Origin: Camelus dromedarius
Taxonomy: Eukaryota
Assembly (NCBI RefSeq): GCF_036321535.1
Contig: NC_087436.1
Coordinates: 46,068,001-46,132,000, forward strand
Direction of reading: 5' to 3'
DNA: 64,000 nt
Part shown: positions 13,171 through 25,378 of the stretch, in pieces
How positions within the stretch are numbered: position 1 is the stretch's first letter
Layout: each line of letters begins with the position of its first letter
Made by a program: the position numbers and the translations under genes
The notes under the pieces: generated by a model
Databases searched by the model: none
Seen by the model: the letters and a program-made list of their open reading frames with translations, nothing else
What the model was told of the DNA's origin: nothing

Positions 13171-16100
13171 CACAATACCTGTTTCTCAGAAATACTAGGA
13201 AAAACAAGCGAGTTAGGACTTGGCCACTGGCTAGGCAAGGCGTTTTACTACTCCCTCTCGCCTCCTTACTTCATCCTCCTTTCTCTCAGTTCCTCTTACA
13301 GGCAACTTTTGGCACACGATTTTAGAAAACATAAAACCCCTCTTCCCACAAACCAGCTAGCAGAGGTAGTGGCCTATCAGAAGAAACCTTCCAAGGCAGA
13401 TTCGTGGGAGGGAGGGCTGGACAGTGTAAGAAAATAATAAAAAGACTAAAATAGGGATTGAGCCTTAAATACAAGAAAGGAGTAGGCAGATCTGGCCATA
13501 CACAGATCCTTTCTGTGGCCAGTCTTCAAAAGCAACAACAAACATGAAGCCAAGTTCACTTACTCCGTTGAATGCCTACTGCACACTGCCACTCACGTGG
13601 TCTGTCCAACAGAAGAACGGACATCCTGCTGTTCTGAGGGAAACGAGATGAAGGGGACTCTCATTTGCTAAGCATCTCATTTTGCTAAACACCAGGTACT
13701 TTAAAACAGCACCTCATTTAATGTAATCCCCTCAACAACTCTATGAGGAAGGTATTATTATCCCCTGAAGCTCAGAGATGTTAAGCAATTTTCTCCACAA
13801 AACCCTGGGCTGTAACAGAGCCTGCAACCTTTTCACTAGCTCACACCTTCTGACAATTCTGAGTATGCTTAGCCTACTGGAAACAATAGTGGCTTCCCCA
13901 GGGCTGAATATAATGATCTGCTCTAACACGCAGTGCTGACTTCAAAGATGCTCTCATTTCTAGGAAAGTCCATTGAAGATTGGCTCAAAATCTGTTCTAT
14001 TTCAACGTCGTTAGCACCTAATATTTCAGGGCTTACAGATTAATCAGAAAGATGGAAGTTAGCTGAAATACTAAGATCAGTGGCAATGAATGTGGTTTAC
14101 AAAAATTATTACAGAAAAAATCTCAGAAAACTCAGAGGGAGGGAGGTGGGTAGAGGTGAAAAGACGCAAGTAACTGAAGCAATACATAGGGCAACAAAAA
14201 ATAAAAATTGAGTCCAGATAAAAGATACTTGTTTATATAAGGAGGGAATGTTTAAAAAAAAATCTTGAGATATCTACTAATCAGCTTAGAAGGATATTAT
14301 GTATGCAGAAAGTTATATTATACCATGGCAGTATCTTCATGAGAGGACCTGATGCTTCTGGTTAGCTATAAAGGAAGACTAGAAACTTGAGACACAGACA
14401 CTGCTCCGATCAAAACTTACTGCAGACACTCTAGGGAGATTTATATCATTTTAAATTTTGCATGTGCTCTCAAAGTTGAAGGGTTTCCTGTAACCCACCA
14501 GATAGTATCGCTGAGTGAATGGTGTGTTTATTTGTAGCTTCCATAATGAATTCTAATAATTCCTATTACTATCTTGTCTTTCCTACATTGACAATTAAAA
14601 GGATAAAACTGTTGGTAGCATCATTCTTGGAAAAGGCATATGGAAGGAAGAAAACATATTTCCATTTGAAAATGAGCACCATTTACTTCCTAAAAGTAGA
14701 ATTAAAAAGCAATCTGTAATTGGTAAATCTGGGTCTCCCTACCAAACAAACTTTTAAAAGACCCTTTTCAATTTTATCAATTGGGAGAAATTATGGGGTT
14801 ATGCCATCATTATCAGGATATCATTTCACTCAGTCTTTCTTTGTTTGAGGACTTAGCTTTAGAAGGACTCTCAAAAGGCAGAATAAAAGTCGGAAAATAT
14901 ACAACAAATACTTCATGTAGAAATACAAATAATTCTGAACCGCCTATATGTTGCTCAGTGAATAACTGAAGTGTAGAAATATAACTCCAAGGAAGGACGT
15001 TTAAGAGATATATTTCACAGACTCAAAGAGTAAAACTGTATCTTCAAATAAATGGGGGAAAGCCTGTTAACATTTAAACATAGAAAACAAGGGAAAATGA
15101 TAATGAAGTCTCGGTTTCTGCCTCCCTACCCTTTCCAATGTCAAAGTTTCTAATAAGAGACTTGCTGGGGTCTGTTAATTGAAAGAGACCTGGACTTGAA
15201 ACTAGGAAGACTGAATCAGACTTCATTTAACAAGTGTTTAATGAGGCTACAACTTGTTCCAGGCCCTGAACATACAGCAATGAACAGGAGACAGGCTGCT
15301 ACCCGCAAGGAGCTTATACAGGCATTGGTGAAAAACACCCACCTACACCTTTCTGGATCTTAAGTTTATCTATTAAATTACAGAAGTGAAGTAGGTGCTT
15401 TACAGACTGCATTCTGAACAGAAGCGCCTGGACCTCCACTTCTCTTTTAAACACAAATGCTCTGCTTTTTTTTCTGCTTGGTATGTCAGGGCTCTGTACA
15501 GTTTCCTGTGGGAAAACAAATCTGTTTTTTAAAATGTCTGATAACCACTGAAGTAAGTGACCTCTGGATACCATTCCAGTTTTACAATTCTGTCTTCTCT
15601 GATGTTTCATACTCATACTTCTGATCTGTTTCTTTTTTTACCATGTCTGGAATTCCACGGAGATGTATTAAAAAGCAAACTAATTCACGGAGGGCTAAAG
15701 AATCAATCACAAACCCAAATGACCGCTTAATCATTATCTATGGATGACAAACACTAGGAGTAAAAATCACTTTTCTCTAAGATTAAAACAAAAACAGATT
15801 TGACCTTGTTATTTATCTACTTAAACTACTTACTCCCACAAAAACAAACAAAAATTAACCCTAAGCCTTTATCTTAATTTCCAAATTCCTTAGCACTTAA
15901 GGTCTTTCTGCAATCTGGCCCTTTTTAAGTATTCTCTTCAGTTTCTATGCCTAGGATTTTCCCTCCCACCCAGCACTCTTTTTGCCTCTTAGTTTCTAAA
16001 TTTTTAGACTTTTGTCATGGCCTCGAGACAGCCCTGCCCTCCTCCTACCCGTCAAATCCCTCAAGGTCAAAACCAACTTCAATGCCATCAAAATACAGGT

Positions 16101-18006
16101 CAATTTAGGAGAAAGGCAGGGATTCTGTCTTATCTACTAGGCTAATCTTAAGTCCTCAACTGGCAAGCATGCACAAATGCTGAAAAAAACTAATTATGTC
16201 AAAGAAAAGTGGTGATTATAAATAGTAGAAATCAAGCATCATCTATATTTGGCTTCTAAGTATATTAACTAATTTGTTTTTACAGATTTAATATCCTGAT
16301 ATCCTGGCATTCCCTGAGCATTCACAAAATTTCTAAGGCTTAGGAAAGTATTTGCCACTTTGAAAACTGTTCACTAAGACACTAATACATATCCAGAAAA
16401 TCAAGACAAGATACAATCCTTGGATCACTGTTAAACATGGGTTTATTCTAAAAGATTTGGGATCTCTTCCTAAATTATCATGTTGTAGTCCCTCCACATA
16501 CAAAGCTCTTCCAAAGCAAAACAAAATCAAGAATGTATACTAACATTATGAGAACAAAAACTGTTCACAAATAATATCATCATGCATGTTCAGGACAGAA
16601 GTACAAAACCTGTTACACTGTTCACATTCCAAATGTTCACATTCACAATGTTTGAATGTTCACATTCAAAACCCATACAGTAAACAAGGACTTCTGGAAA
16701 TAAAGCACTTGATACTGACAAGCATGGCTGATCCAAAGGATATTAAGGTTAAGCCACCAATTTTGACTCGCAAAAAAAATTCAACTTCTGGTTCTCAGGA
16801 TAAACGATAAACTGCATGTTTGAAAAGCAGCAGTTATAAAAAGTAGATGTTGGCTGAACTGATTTATCAAGTCCAGTAAATTTTCATTAACAATCTGGAT
16901 AAAAAAAAAAACAATCTGGATAAAACAGGTCTGTTCAACAATCATTGCAAGAGTATCAGCTGACTTTGTTCTCTTACCAACACAGGACAGGCATTTTCTT
17001 CTAAAGTATTCAATTACTTTTGAGAGTTCTCATCTGAAACATTATCGTCTACAGACGTCCCCTCTCCCCTGGCCCTACGCACGAACATTCCAAATCTCAA
17101 GATTAGGGAACGGGTATCCTAGAGCCGATCGTTTTTCAGCTGAAACCCTGCACACCGAAAGCGTACGACCTTAGGACGAAAGCGGCTTTCACGTTGCATT
17201 GGCTGCTGCCTGTATGAGGCCTTGCCTCAAATAGGGCCAACTCTGGCACGTTTCTGTGTTTCTGAAAGTGAAGCTGGGGGTGTTGGTGGGAGGATGAAAC
17301 CACCCAGATCTAAAAGTATTTGTTTAAACCCGCTTGACACCTGCTCCCTTTCGAACACGACAAGCAAACTCCAAACGCTGGAGCAGCAGCCGCAGCGGCA
17401 ATGACAGATCTTGAGGCCAAACTGGGTCACGGTTACAGTTACACTTATGTTGCATATTTACACCCTTTTGTCTACAAACTTGAGCGCTAACTTAAGTTCC
17501 CTTCCAGGCAGCGTGCTCGCTGGGCCTCAGAAATCAGAGCAATCTTTCCCGAGACGGGAAGGGTACGATCCACCCAGCTCCATGGCTACACCAGCCTTCC
17601 CCGGACCACGCACTCTGCGGCCTCGGCTTTCTGCCGGGTGTCTCGGCTGAGGGGTCGCTCTTCGGAGCAAGTCGCCCGCGCCCAGGCTGGATAACAGGGA
17701 TTTCACGTGGTATGTGGGCTCCCCCTTTTCTACGGCCCCTACTCGCTCCGGCGGCTTCGGGCCCGGGGTCACGCTACCTACACAGCCCTGCTCCCTATTC
17801 CCCAGGTCGGCCCCCGCGCCGGGGCGCCCCCCGCCCCAGCACCGCCCCTCCGCCCGGCCCCCGCCACGTGCCCCTCCGCCCCAACCCCGGCAGCCCCCAC
17901 TCCCACCGCCCTGCCTCCCGCCCCGCCCGATCCGGCCGCGCAGGCTGCCCCGCCGACACTAGGCCCCGCGCTCGGCCCCGCGCTCCGCCCCGGCCGTCCG
18001 CCTCAC

Positions 18007-18133
18007 CGTTCTGCTGGTGCGGCCCGGGGCCCGGGCCTGCGGGCGCGGCGGCTCCCGAGGCGGCGGCTCCGCCAAGCTTGGGCGGGATCCGGGCGCTGGC
18101 GGCCGGATGAGGAGACCCGGCAGGGGCCGACAT
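18007..18133 (-). CDS. SEC24B: SEC24B coding exon 1 (MSAPAGSPHPAASARIPPKLGGAAASGAAAPAGPGPGPHQQN-G)
   Basis: Translation matches the recalled mammalian SEC24B N-terminus. ATG at 18133-18131 in context gccgtcATG. Donor AACG|GTGAGG at 18007/18006. 127 nt, phase 1. Confidence 0.96.
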
Positions 18134-18151
18134 GACGGCGCTGCTGGAGGA

Positions 18152-18172
18152 GGCGGCGGCGGCGGCGGCGGC
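18152..18172 (-). repeat. (GCC)7 trinucleotide repeat in the SEC24B 5'UTR
   Basis: ggc x7 on plus strand, ending about 19 nt upstream of the ATG. Confidence 0.9.
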
Positions 18173-19734
18173 TCCGGCTCCGCTTCTGGGAGGTGGGCGG
18201 AGGGAAGGGAAGGCGGGGCCGGAGAGGCGAGAGGAAGAGGAAGGAACGCGCCTGGCGTCACCGATGGAGTCACCCAGGACGCGGTTGGGGTGCCCGCGCT
18301 CCACCCCGGAGCCCAGCTCGGCCGCTGCGGGCGCCGGGACTCCGGCTCCCTCCGCCCGGCCCGCCTCTGCCGCTCGCCCCGAGCCCCGAGCCGCGGGACT
18401 CCCCCCCCGCGTCTTTCCCCGCACGCGCGGCTTCGCGCGCCGCAACGCCCCCTGCAGGCGGAGCCCGGCGCGCCTTTGCCGGAGGCGGGGCCCGGGGCGG
18501 CGGCCTCCCTGCCAGCCCTGCGAACTCCGGCCCGGGGCGGAGCTGCTGTCGCCTTGCGGCGAGAGGGATGGATCTGGATAGAGGGGCGCTGGGCCCGCTC
18601 CCACGCGGGGCGGAGGCAGCTGTGCCCGGCAGGCCGGGGCCGGCAGTGCTGGGAGGCGGATTCGAGAGCTGCTGGGTGACTTCCGGAGCCCCGGGCAACG
18701 CCAGGCCGGACTATGACCCCACCCACCCTTCCTCCGAAGAGGAACCCTGCGTTTGGCTTTGTTTTTTTTAATCCTGAGATTTTTTTTTTTCCCCTTAATA
18801 TTAAATTCCAAAGGAAAAAGGCATTTAAGCTCCCTGTCTCCTGTCCCCTGTCCGTAGAGAATTATAATCCTGGCAAAGAAAGAGGAAACATTTCTCAGAG
18901 ATAAACACAGAATCTCAGTAAGAATTGAGAACTTCTCCCACTGTCTAAATCTAGGGGAGGAGAAGGGGGAAATGAAGTAAGGGAAACTGAAAGACAAACT
19001 ATCTTCCTCATGATTTTTGTCAAGGGTTGGCTCTTCCTGTTGGTGTTCAGAAGAGAAGCTGTAGCATCGAAATTGAGAATTCAGCTTGCTTTGTCTTTGA
19101 ATCTCTGGCCTGTCCCAGCATGCTAACAGGCAAGCAAGCCCTGGACTACATTTCTCAAGTCGTTGTCACCTTGGAATCCTGAGTATGTCACAGTCATTCT
19201 GTATTAGAAATGAAATTGTTCAAAAACATCGAATTCCGAGTGGGATCTAGCAAGACGGCATTTCTGGTGTGCTAAATCTAATTACTGAATGATTATGCCA
19301 AGCATAAAGTGTGTTGTAGTCCTAGAGTAATGCAAAGCTTCCCGTTAGCTGTTGCCATGAATGAATCATACGTGATAATTTTAATGCACCAGATGAATTA
19401 CAAATAGGATTTCAGTGGTGGGATTTGTACTTTCCTTTTAGAGTTTGTCTTTATTCTTATTTCCATAATTCTGATTAATTTGTCCTTTCCATTTTGTACA
19501 CTAATAAATGACTCAAACAATACTTTTACATTATAATATCCAGAAGCTAAAATATACTACTTCCTGCATGTGAAAGATACAGTAAGCCCAATTATTAGGC
19601 TGTAAAAGCCAACAACTTTGTTAAACGTAAATTTTCAGAATCTTTAGAGAAAATTACACTAAACACATATTATAAGACAATCTTGTCCTGAAAAGCAATA
19701 TACCATTAAAAAAAACTACTTGAATTTTTAATAT

Positions 19735-20030
19735 TTTATGTAGATAATTTTGAAGAAATACAAAATAAGAGAAAGTAGTATAATGGACCATCATATACTC
19801 AACAACCAATGTCAACATTTGTCAGTTCAGGGCTAATCTTGCTTCATCTATACCAGCACCAACCTCCACCACCCTCCTGAGATTATTTTGAAAGAAATCT
19901 CAGGCATCATTTTATCTGTAAGTATTCAACATGTTTCTCTAAATGTATAACATAAACACAATGCCATTATTATATCTAAAATCATTTAAAAAATAATTCC
20001 TTAGTATCATCAAATATACAGTCTACAATT
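19735..20030 (-). mobile_element. Old L1MC-like 3' end
   Basis: gattattttgaaagaaatctcaggcatcattttatctgtaagtattc...aataattccttagtatcatcaaatatacagtc. Confidence 0.6.
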
Positions 20031-20199
20031 GTCTTTTGAAATAGTTTGTACTTCTGAGTTTTAGGACTTTCAACAATACATACTCCATCTACACAAAATG
20101 GGCAAGCGCTTTTCCACAGTGTTTCCAACTTTTCCACAAAAACATAAGTTCCTGCATGAGCAAAAGGTCACACTCTGCTTCATCAAGAAGATTACACAA

Positions 20200-21873
20200 C
20201 CAAGGCAATAGTAATAAAAGCAAAAATAAACAAATGAGACCTAATTAAACTTATAAGCTTTCACACAGCAAAGGACATCATAAATAAAAAGAAAAACCCT
20301 ACAGAATGGGAGAAAGTATTTGCAAATGATTCGATGGACAAGGGCTTAATTTCCAGAATATACAGACAGTTCATATAACTCAGTAACAAAAAAAAAAAAA
20401 AAAAAAAAAACAATCAAAAAATGGGCAGAAGACCGAAACAGACATTTCTCTAAAGAAGACATACACATGGCCAATAGGCACATGAAAAGATGCTCAATAT
20501 CACTAGTTATTAGAGAAATGCAAATCAGAGCTACCATGAGATATCACCTCACACCAGTCAGAATGGCCATCATTAAAAAGGATGATGCTGGAGAGGGTGT
20601 GGAGAAAAAGGAACTCTCCTACAGTGTTGGTAGGAATGCAGTTTGAGTCAGCCATTATGAAAAACAGTATAGAGATTCCTTTAAAAAACTAAAATTAGAC
20701 TTACCATATGATCCAGCAATCCCACTCCTGAGCATTTATCCAGAGAAAATTCTAACGCGAAAAGATACATGCACCCCAATGGTCATAGCAGCACTATTTA
20801 CAATAGCCAAGATATGGAAGCAACTTCAATGCCCATCAACAGATGATTGGATAAAGAAGATGTGGTATATACACACAATGAAATACTGCTCATCCATAAA
20901 AAAGAATGAAATAATGCCATTTGCAGCAACTTGGATGGATCTAGAGATTATCATCTAAGTGAAGTAAGTCAGGAAAAGAAAGACAAATACCATATCACTT
21001 ATATGTGGAATCTAAAAAAATGACACAAATGAACTTATTTACACAACAGTGATAGACTCACAGACGTAGAAAACAAACTACAGTTACCAAAGGGGAAGGG
21101 GGAGGGAAAATTAGGAGTTTGGGATTAGCAGATACAAACTAATATATATAAAATAGATAAACAACAAGGTCCCACTGTATAGCACAGGGAACTATATTTG
21201 ATATCTTATAATAGCCTATTATTAAAAAGAAATACCAAAAAGAATATATATATAACTGAATCTGTATACCAGAAACTAACACAACATTGTAAATCAACAA
21301 TACTTCAATAAAAAAAATTGCCAAGATATGGAAGCAGCCTGTGTCCATCAACAGATAAATAGATAAAGAAGATGTGGTTTATATAGACAATGTAATATTA
21401 AGTGGTATACACACACACACACACAATTAAATACTACTCAACCATAAAAAAGAATAAAATTTTGCCATTTGCAGCAACATGAATGAACTTGGAGGGCATT
21501 ATGCTAAGTGAAATGTCAGACAGAGTAAGACAAATACTGTATATCACTTATATGTGGAATCTAAAAAATACAACAAGCTAGTGAATATAACAAAACAGAA
21601 GAAGACTCACAGGTATAGAGAACAAACTAGTGGTTACTAGTGCGGAAAGTGAAGGGGGAGGGGCAGTGTGGGATGGGGATTAAGAGGCATAAACAACTAG
21701 GCATAAAATAAGCTACAAGGATATATTGCACAACACAGGGAATATAGCTAATATTTTATAATAACTATAGGAGCATACCCTTTCAAAATTGTGAATCACA
21801 ATTTGTATAACATTGTACATCAACTATACTTCAATTAAAAAATACCTGTCCTCGGCTTATGACCAGAAAAAAA
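20200..21873 (+). mobile_element. Composite 5'-truncated L1: two L1 3' ends in tandem inside one TSD
   Basis: L1 ORF2 C-terminus, 3'UTR and A run (to 21317); second L1 3' end 21318-21842; 24-nt tag; A run. TSD aagattacacaa at 20188-20199 and 21874-21885. Confidence 0.9.
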
Positions 21874-22294
21874 AAGATTACACAATTATAGGTTCCAATA
21901 CTTCCTGGGAGTCCTTTGAAAAATGACTCAGAAAAAAGCCCTGTATTAAGGGGCTACCATTATAGGAGTAAGGGAATAACTAGGCAGTTGGCTTTCTGCC
22001 CCTGGAATGTGTCATCTCAGCTGTAAGGAGCCCATTTTGATCACAGGTACATGGAATGAAGGTGCACCCTGTGTCTTTAGGGGAGACTACTAAAAAGGAG
22101 GACAGGGATTCTGTGTTTTAACTCGTCTTCCCCACAGTCTTTATCACCATTTCACCATAGCATTTTCTAGCATGTTTATAGGAATCTTTTGCATGACAGA
22201 GCCTACAACCTTCATGAAATTATGTTATTTCTCTCTATTGCTTTACGTTCCATGACTGCCGTCAGTGAAGAGGAGGAAAAGGAGGAAAGGTTGA

Positions 22295-22570
22295 ATGAAT
22301 GCTTACCATGTATCAGGCACTGTGTTAGTCACTTTATATATAGATAGATAGATAGATAGATTATATATTATAAATATATATTGCATATATATATTTCCCA
22401 TTTAGTCATCAAAGTAATTCTGTGGGATATTTTTCTTATTCTCATTTTACCAGAAGAAACTAATGCCTATAAAGAGTTCAAGTGGTCTTAGTAAAATGTC
22501 ATGAACCTGTAAATAGCAGAACCAAAGATCAAACCAAGGTCTATTTAGCTCCAAAATCTTTGCTCTGTTC
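22295..22570 (-). mobile_element. MIR SINE with an internal (TAGA)n/(TA)n microsatellite
   Basis: gcttaccatgtatcaggcactgtgtta...ttattctcattttaccagaagaaacta...gcagaaccaaagatcaaaccaaggtct. Confidence 0.65.
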
Positions 22571-22679
22571 ACTACAAACGACACTTGGTTAAGCTACATT
22601 TTTCTTCTGAAAGCTATGCTAATTATGATGTACTATTTTGCTTGTCAAAGGATTTTCAGATTTACGTATTTAGAATTTG

Positions 22680-22828
22680 TTCCAGTATTCCTTAGAATGT
22701 TGAATCTCAAAGTGTTTGAAATGCAAATTCTCAGGTCCCACCCCAGCCCTACTGAACTCTGGAGACGGAACCCAACAGCAGCCTCTCCTGGTGACTCTCA
22801 TGCACAGGAAAATTTGAGAACCACTGCT
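22680..22828. mobile_element. MER5A-like hAT-Charlie fragment
   Basis: aaatgcaaattctcaggtcccaccccagccctactgaa...ggtgactctcatgcacaggaaaatttgagaaccactg. Confidence 0.7.
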
Positions 22829-24559
22829 TTGAATAGCAAAGTTATGCTGAATTGGTTCATTCAATTTACTTTGGGAGATGGTGTTTCCTTCAGGACATTT
22901 CTCCAATCTTCTGCCAACTGTTAAAAGTGACATTTTGTAGATGTGTGATTACAGTGCCAGGAGTGCCAATTACGGTGGTGTTGATCTCAATTGCTTTGAT
23001 GGGCACTGTGGAGGCTAATGCAGGGACCAAGTCTGTGTTCAGTGGGAAAGAAGGCTGTAATTGAAAGCAAGCCTGGCCACAGGTGCAGGAGGAACGTTTT
23101 ACTGAATGTCAATTTCTGACACACATGCCACTATTTGTCACCCCCAATTTAGGACTCATATTCTCTATAACAGAAGTTGTGGGAGACTTGGATAACTGAA
23201 CACCTATCTTTACCTCAAAAAATGCTACTCCAGTTCTTTCTCTATTGTATCTGGCTTCACATCTTCGTCTGCCAGTTTTTTTATTTTTTAATTCTCTAGT
23301 TTTAAAATCACATGTGACCTTTGTAGAACACCTTTCCTCTTTTAGAGACATTCCCTAATTGGTGTCCCTCTCGCAATATGAAAACATAATTTTCTTCTTT
23401 CTTCACCTTTTCTGATCTATTTACACATTTATTGCATTTTTAGTAGGCCAGGCATTGGGGATACAAAAGTTAATAGGATATCATCTGTCCCCAGAGATCC
23501 TATGCAGGATCTTTTACATTTGTTCCTACCGACTTTCTTACATTTGGATTTCTTGATTTTTTTTTTTTCTGTAAAATTGCTGCATTATTTTTTCTTATGT
23601 TCCTTGTGAATTTTTGTTTCTTCTTTTCATTATGGCATTCTAAATTGAGTTCCACGACCTATATTATGATGGGAAGAAACAATTTCACTGATGTTCCTAT
23701 TATTTGATCACTTATGTTGATATCATTTAACTATCATTTAAATCTCAACTGTCTAAGTCCTAAAAGAAAAAAAAATTAGGCAAATGGTGACCACATAATC
23801 AGCCTATGTGCAAAAGTGCATGCACTTACCAGAAATTCTCTCAAGTTCTCACTTAGAATATTTGGCTATTATTTTCAATATACTGTAATTTCTATAGTTA
23901 TCCACTTATCCAGCCCATAGCAGGTTAGTGAGTCACAAGGCAGCAGAAGGAATGCTGTTAATATAGGCACACTGAGAGCAGCAATCACTAGTATCTGGGA
24001 GGATTAATAGAGAAAAGACAAGAAAATTGAAAAAATGGAAGAACTGAAAATGCACAGCAGTCTGAAGCCGTTAGTTAAATTGAACAATATTATAAATTCC
24101 ACTGGGGATATGATAAACATAGCCCATAGGTCTCTTGCCAGCTGAGAATGTCTAACTGGGTGTCCTGAAGGGAACTGAAAAGCAGGAACTCTCATTCACT
24201 GAGTACCTACTGTATAACCTGAAAGCTCTTTAGGATATTGCTATGTTTATATGTACAGATATTCATAGCTTTGCCTCTCAGTTACCAGGAAAAACTAAAT
24301 CATGCTCTGTGCTCTGTTTCAGAGGAGGCCAGCAGGGATAGACAACCCATCTTGAGAACCTTAGAAACTCTTTTACAAATGAACAGGTTAGGGTCCCAAA
24401 GCTCTGCTGTTCATAAGTCCCAATATTCACAAGCCCAGAGTAAGTAGGCGCGTTGACCCGCCCAGGCCACATGTGCATTTCCATCAAACAGAAATGTGAG
24501 CTACTTTGAAGCTTTAGAACCAAACTGGCTTTTTCCTTTTTTGCTGATACAAGATGTGG

Positions 24560-24725
24560 AGTGGTGCCTCTGAAACTTGAATGTATATATGAATCACTAG
24601 ACGATCTTGTTAAAATGCAAATTTTGATTAGGTAGGTTTGGGAAGGCCTGAGGTTCTGAATTTCTGTCACGCTCCCACGTGATGCTGATGTTTCTGGTCC
24701 GTGGACCACACTTTGAGCAGCAAGG
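24560..24725. mobile_element. MER5A-like hAT-Charlie fragment
   Basis: gaatcactagacgatcttgttaaaatgcaaattttgatt...gtgatgctgatg...ggaccacactttgag. Confidence 0.7.
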
Positions 24726-25015
24726 TTCCAAACAGCATCTTTTCATTGACATGTGAAAGTCCATTGATAAAAGGAATGCCCCTCGTCATGTCCTCCCACC
24801 ACTCAGGTTGATGTGGTACCCATTAAAATGGCTCCAGCATTTCCCCAGCTTTCTACACCAGCAGTACTTTCCTAGTCTTGAAGACACTGAACCACTTCCT
24901 AATGGGTTAATGGGTGCCTGATGGGGACACAATCGTCTTGCCACACATTCAACAATGTTTCCATTTTATCAATTACTTTTCCTCTTGCTGATTACTGTTC
25001 ATTATAGAAAAACGG

Positions 25016-25378
25016 TGTATTAGCTCAGGCTCCCATAACAAAATACCATAGCCTGGGTGACTTACACAGCAGAAGTTTATTTTCTCACAGTTTTGGATTC
25101 TGGAAGTCTAAGATCAGGGTGCCAGCATGGTGGGGTTCTGATAAGGGCTCTCTTCCTGGCTCGTAGACCTCCCATTCTCACTGTGTCCTCACATGGAAAG
25201 GGGAGAGATATCTCTGGTGTCTCTTCTTAGAAGGGCACCAGTGCTATCAGATCAGGGGTCCACCCTTACGACCTCATTTAACCTTAATCACCTCCTGAAA
25301 GGCTCTATTTCCAACAGTCACAAGGTGGGGCGGTTAGGACTTCAACATGACTGTAGAAGGGACACAATTCAGACGCTG
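25016..25378 (-). mobile_element. MaLR solo LTR (MLT1A-like)
   Basis: tgtattagctcaggctcccataacaaaataccatag...tggaagtctaagatcagggtgccagcatgg...gacacaattcag. Confidence 0.8.

Larger units (their letters stand above)
17500..18730. promoter_or_regulatory. CpG island / SEC24B promoter, 5'UTR and start of intron 1
   Basis: Very GC- and CpG-rich. Several GC boxes (GGGGCGG), ETS motif ACTTCCGG at 18679-18686, CRE-like TGACGCCA on minus at 18253-18260. No TATA box seen. Confidence 0.9.

Noticed and set aside
17527..18771. Many overlapping 130-255 aa Pro/Ala/Gly/Arg-rich ORFs on both strands
   Set aside because: Expected artefact of stop-codon scarcity in a CpG island; only the 127-nt SEC24B segment has homology and splice support.
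21843..21866. U2 snRNA 5' fragment (ctcggc similarity)
   Set aside because: Only about 6 nt match the U2 5' end; treated as an orphan transduced tag.
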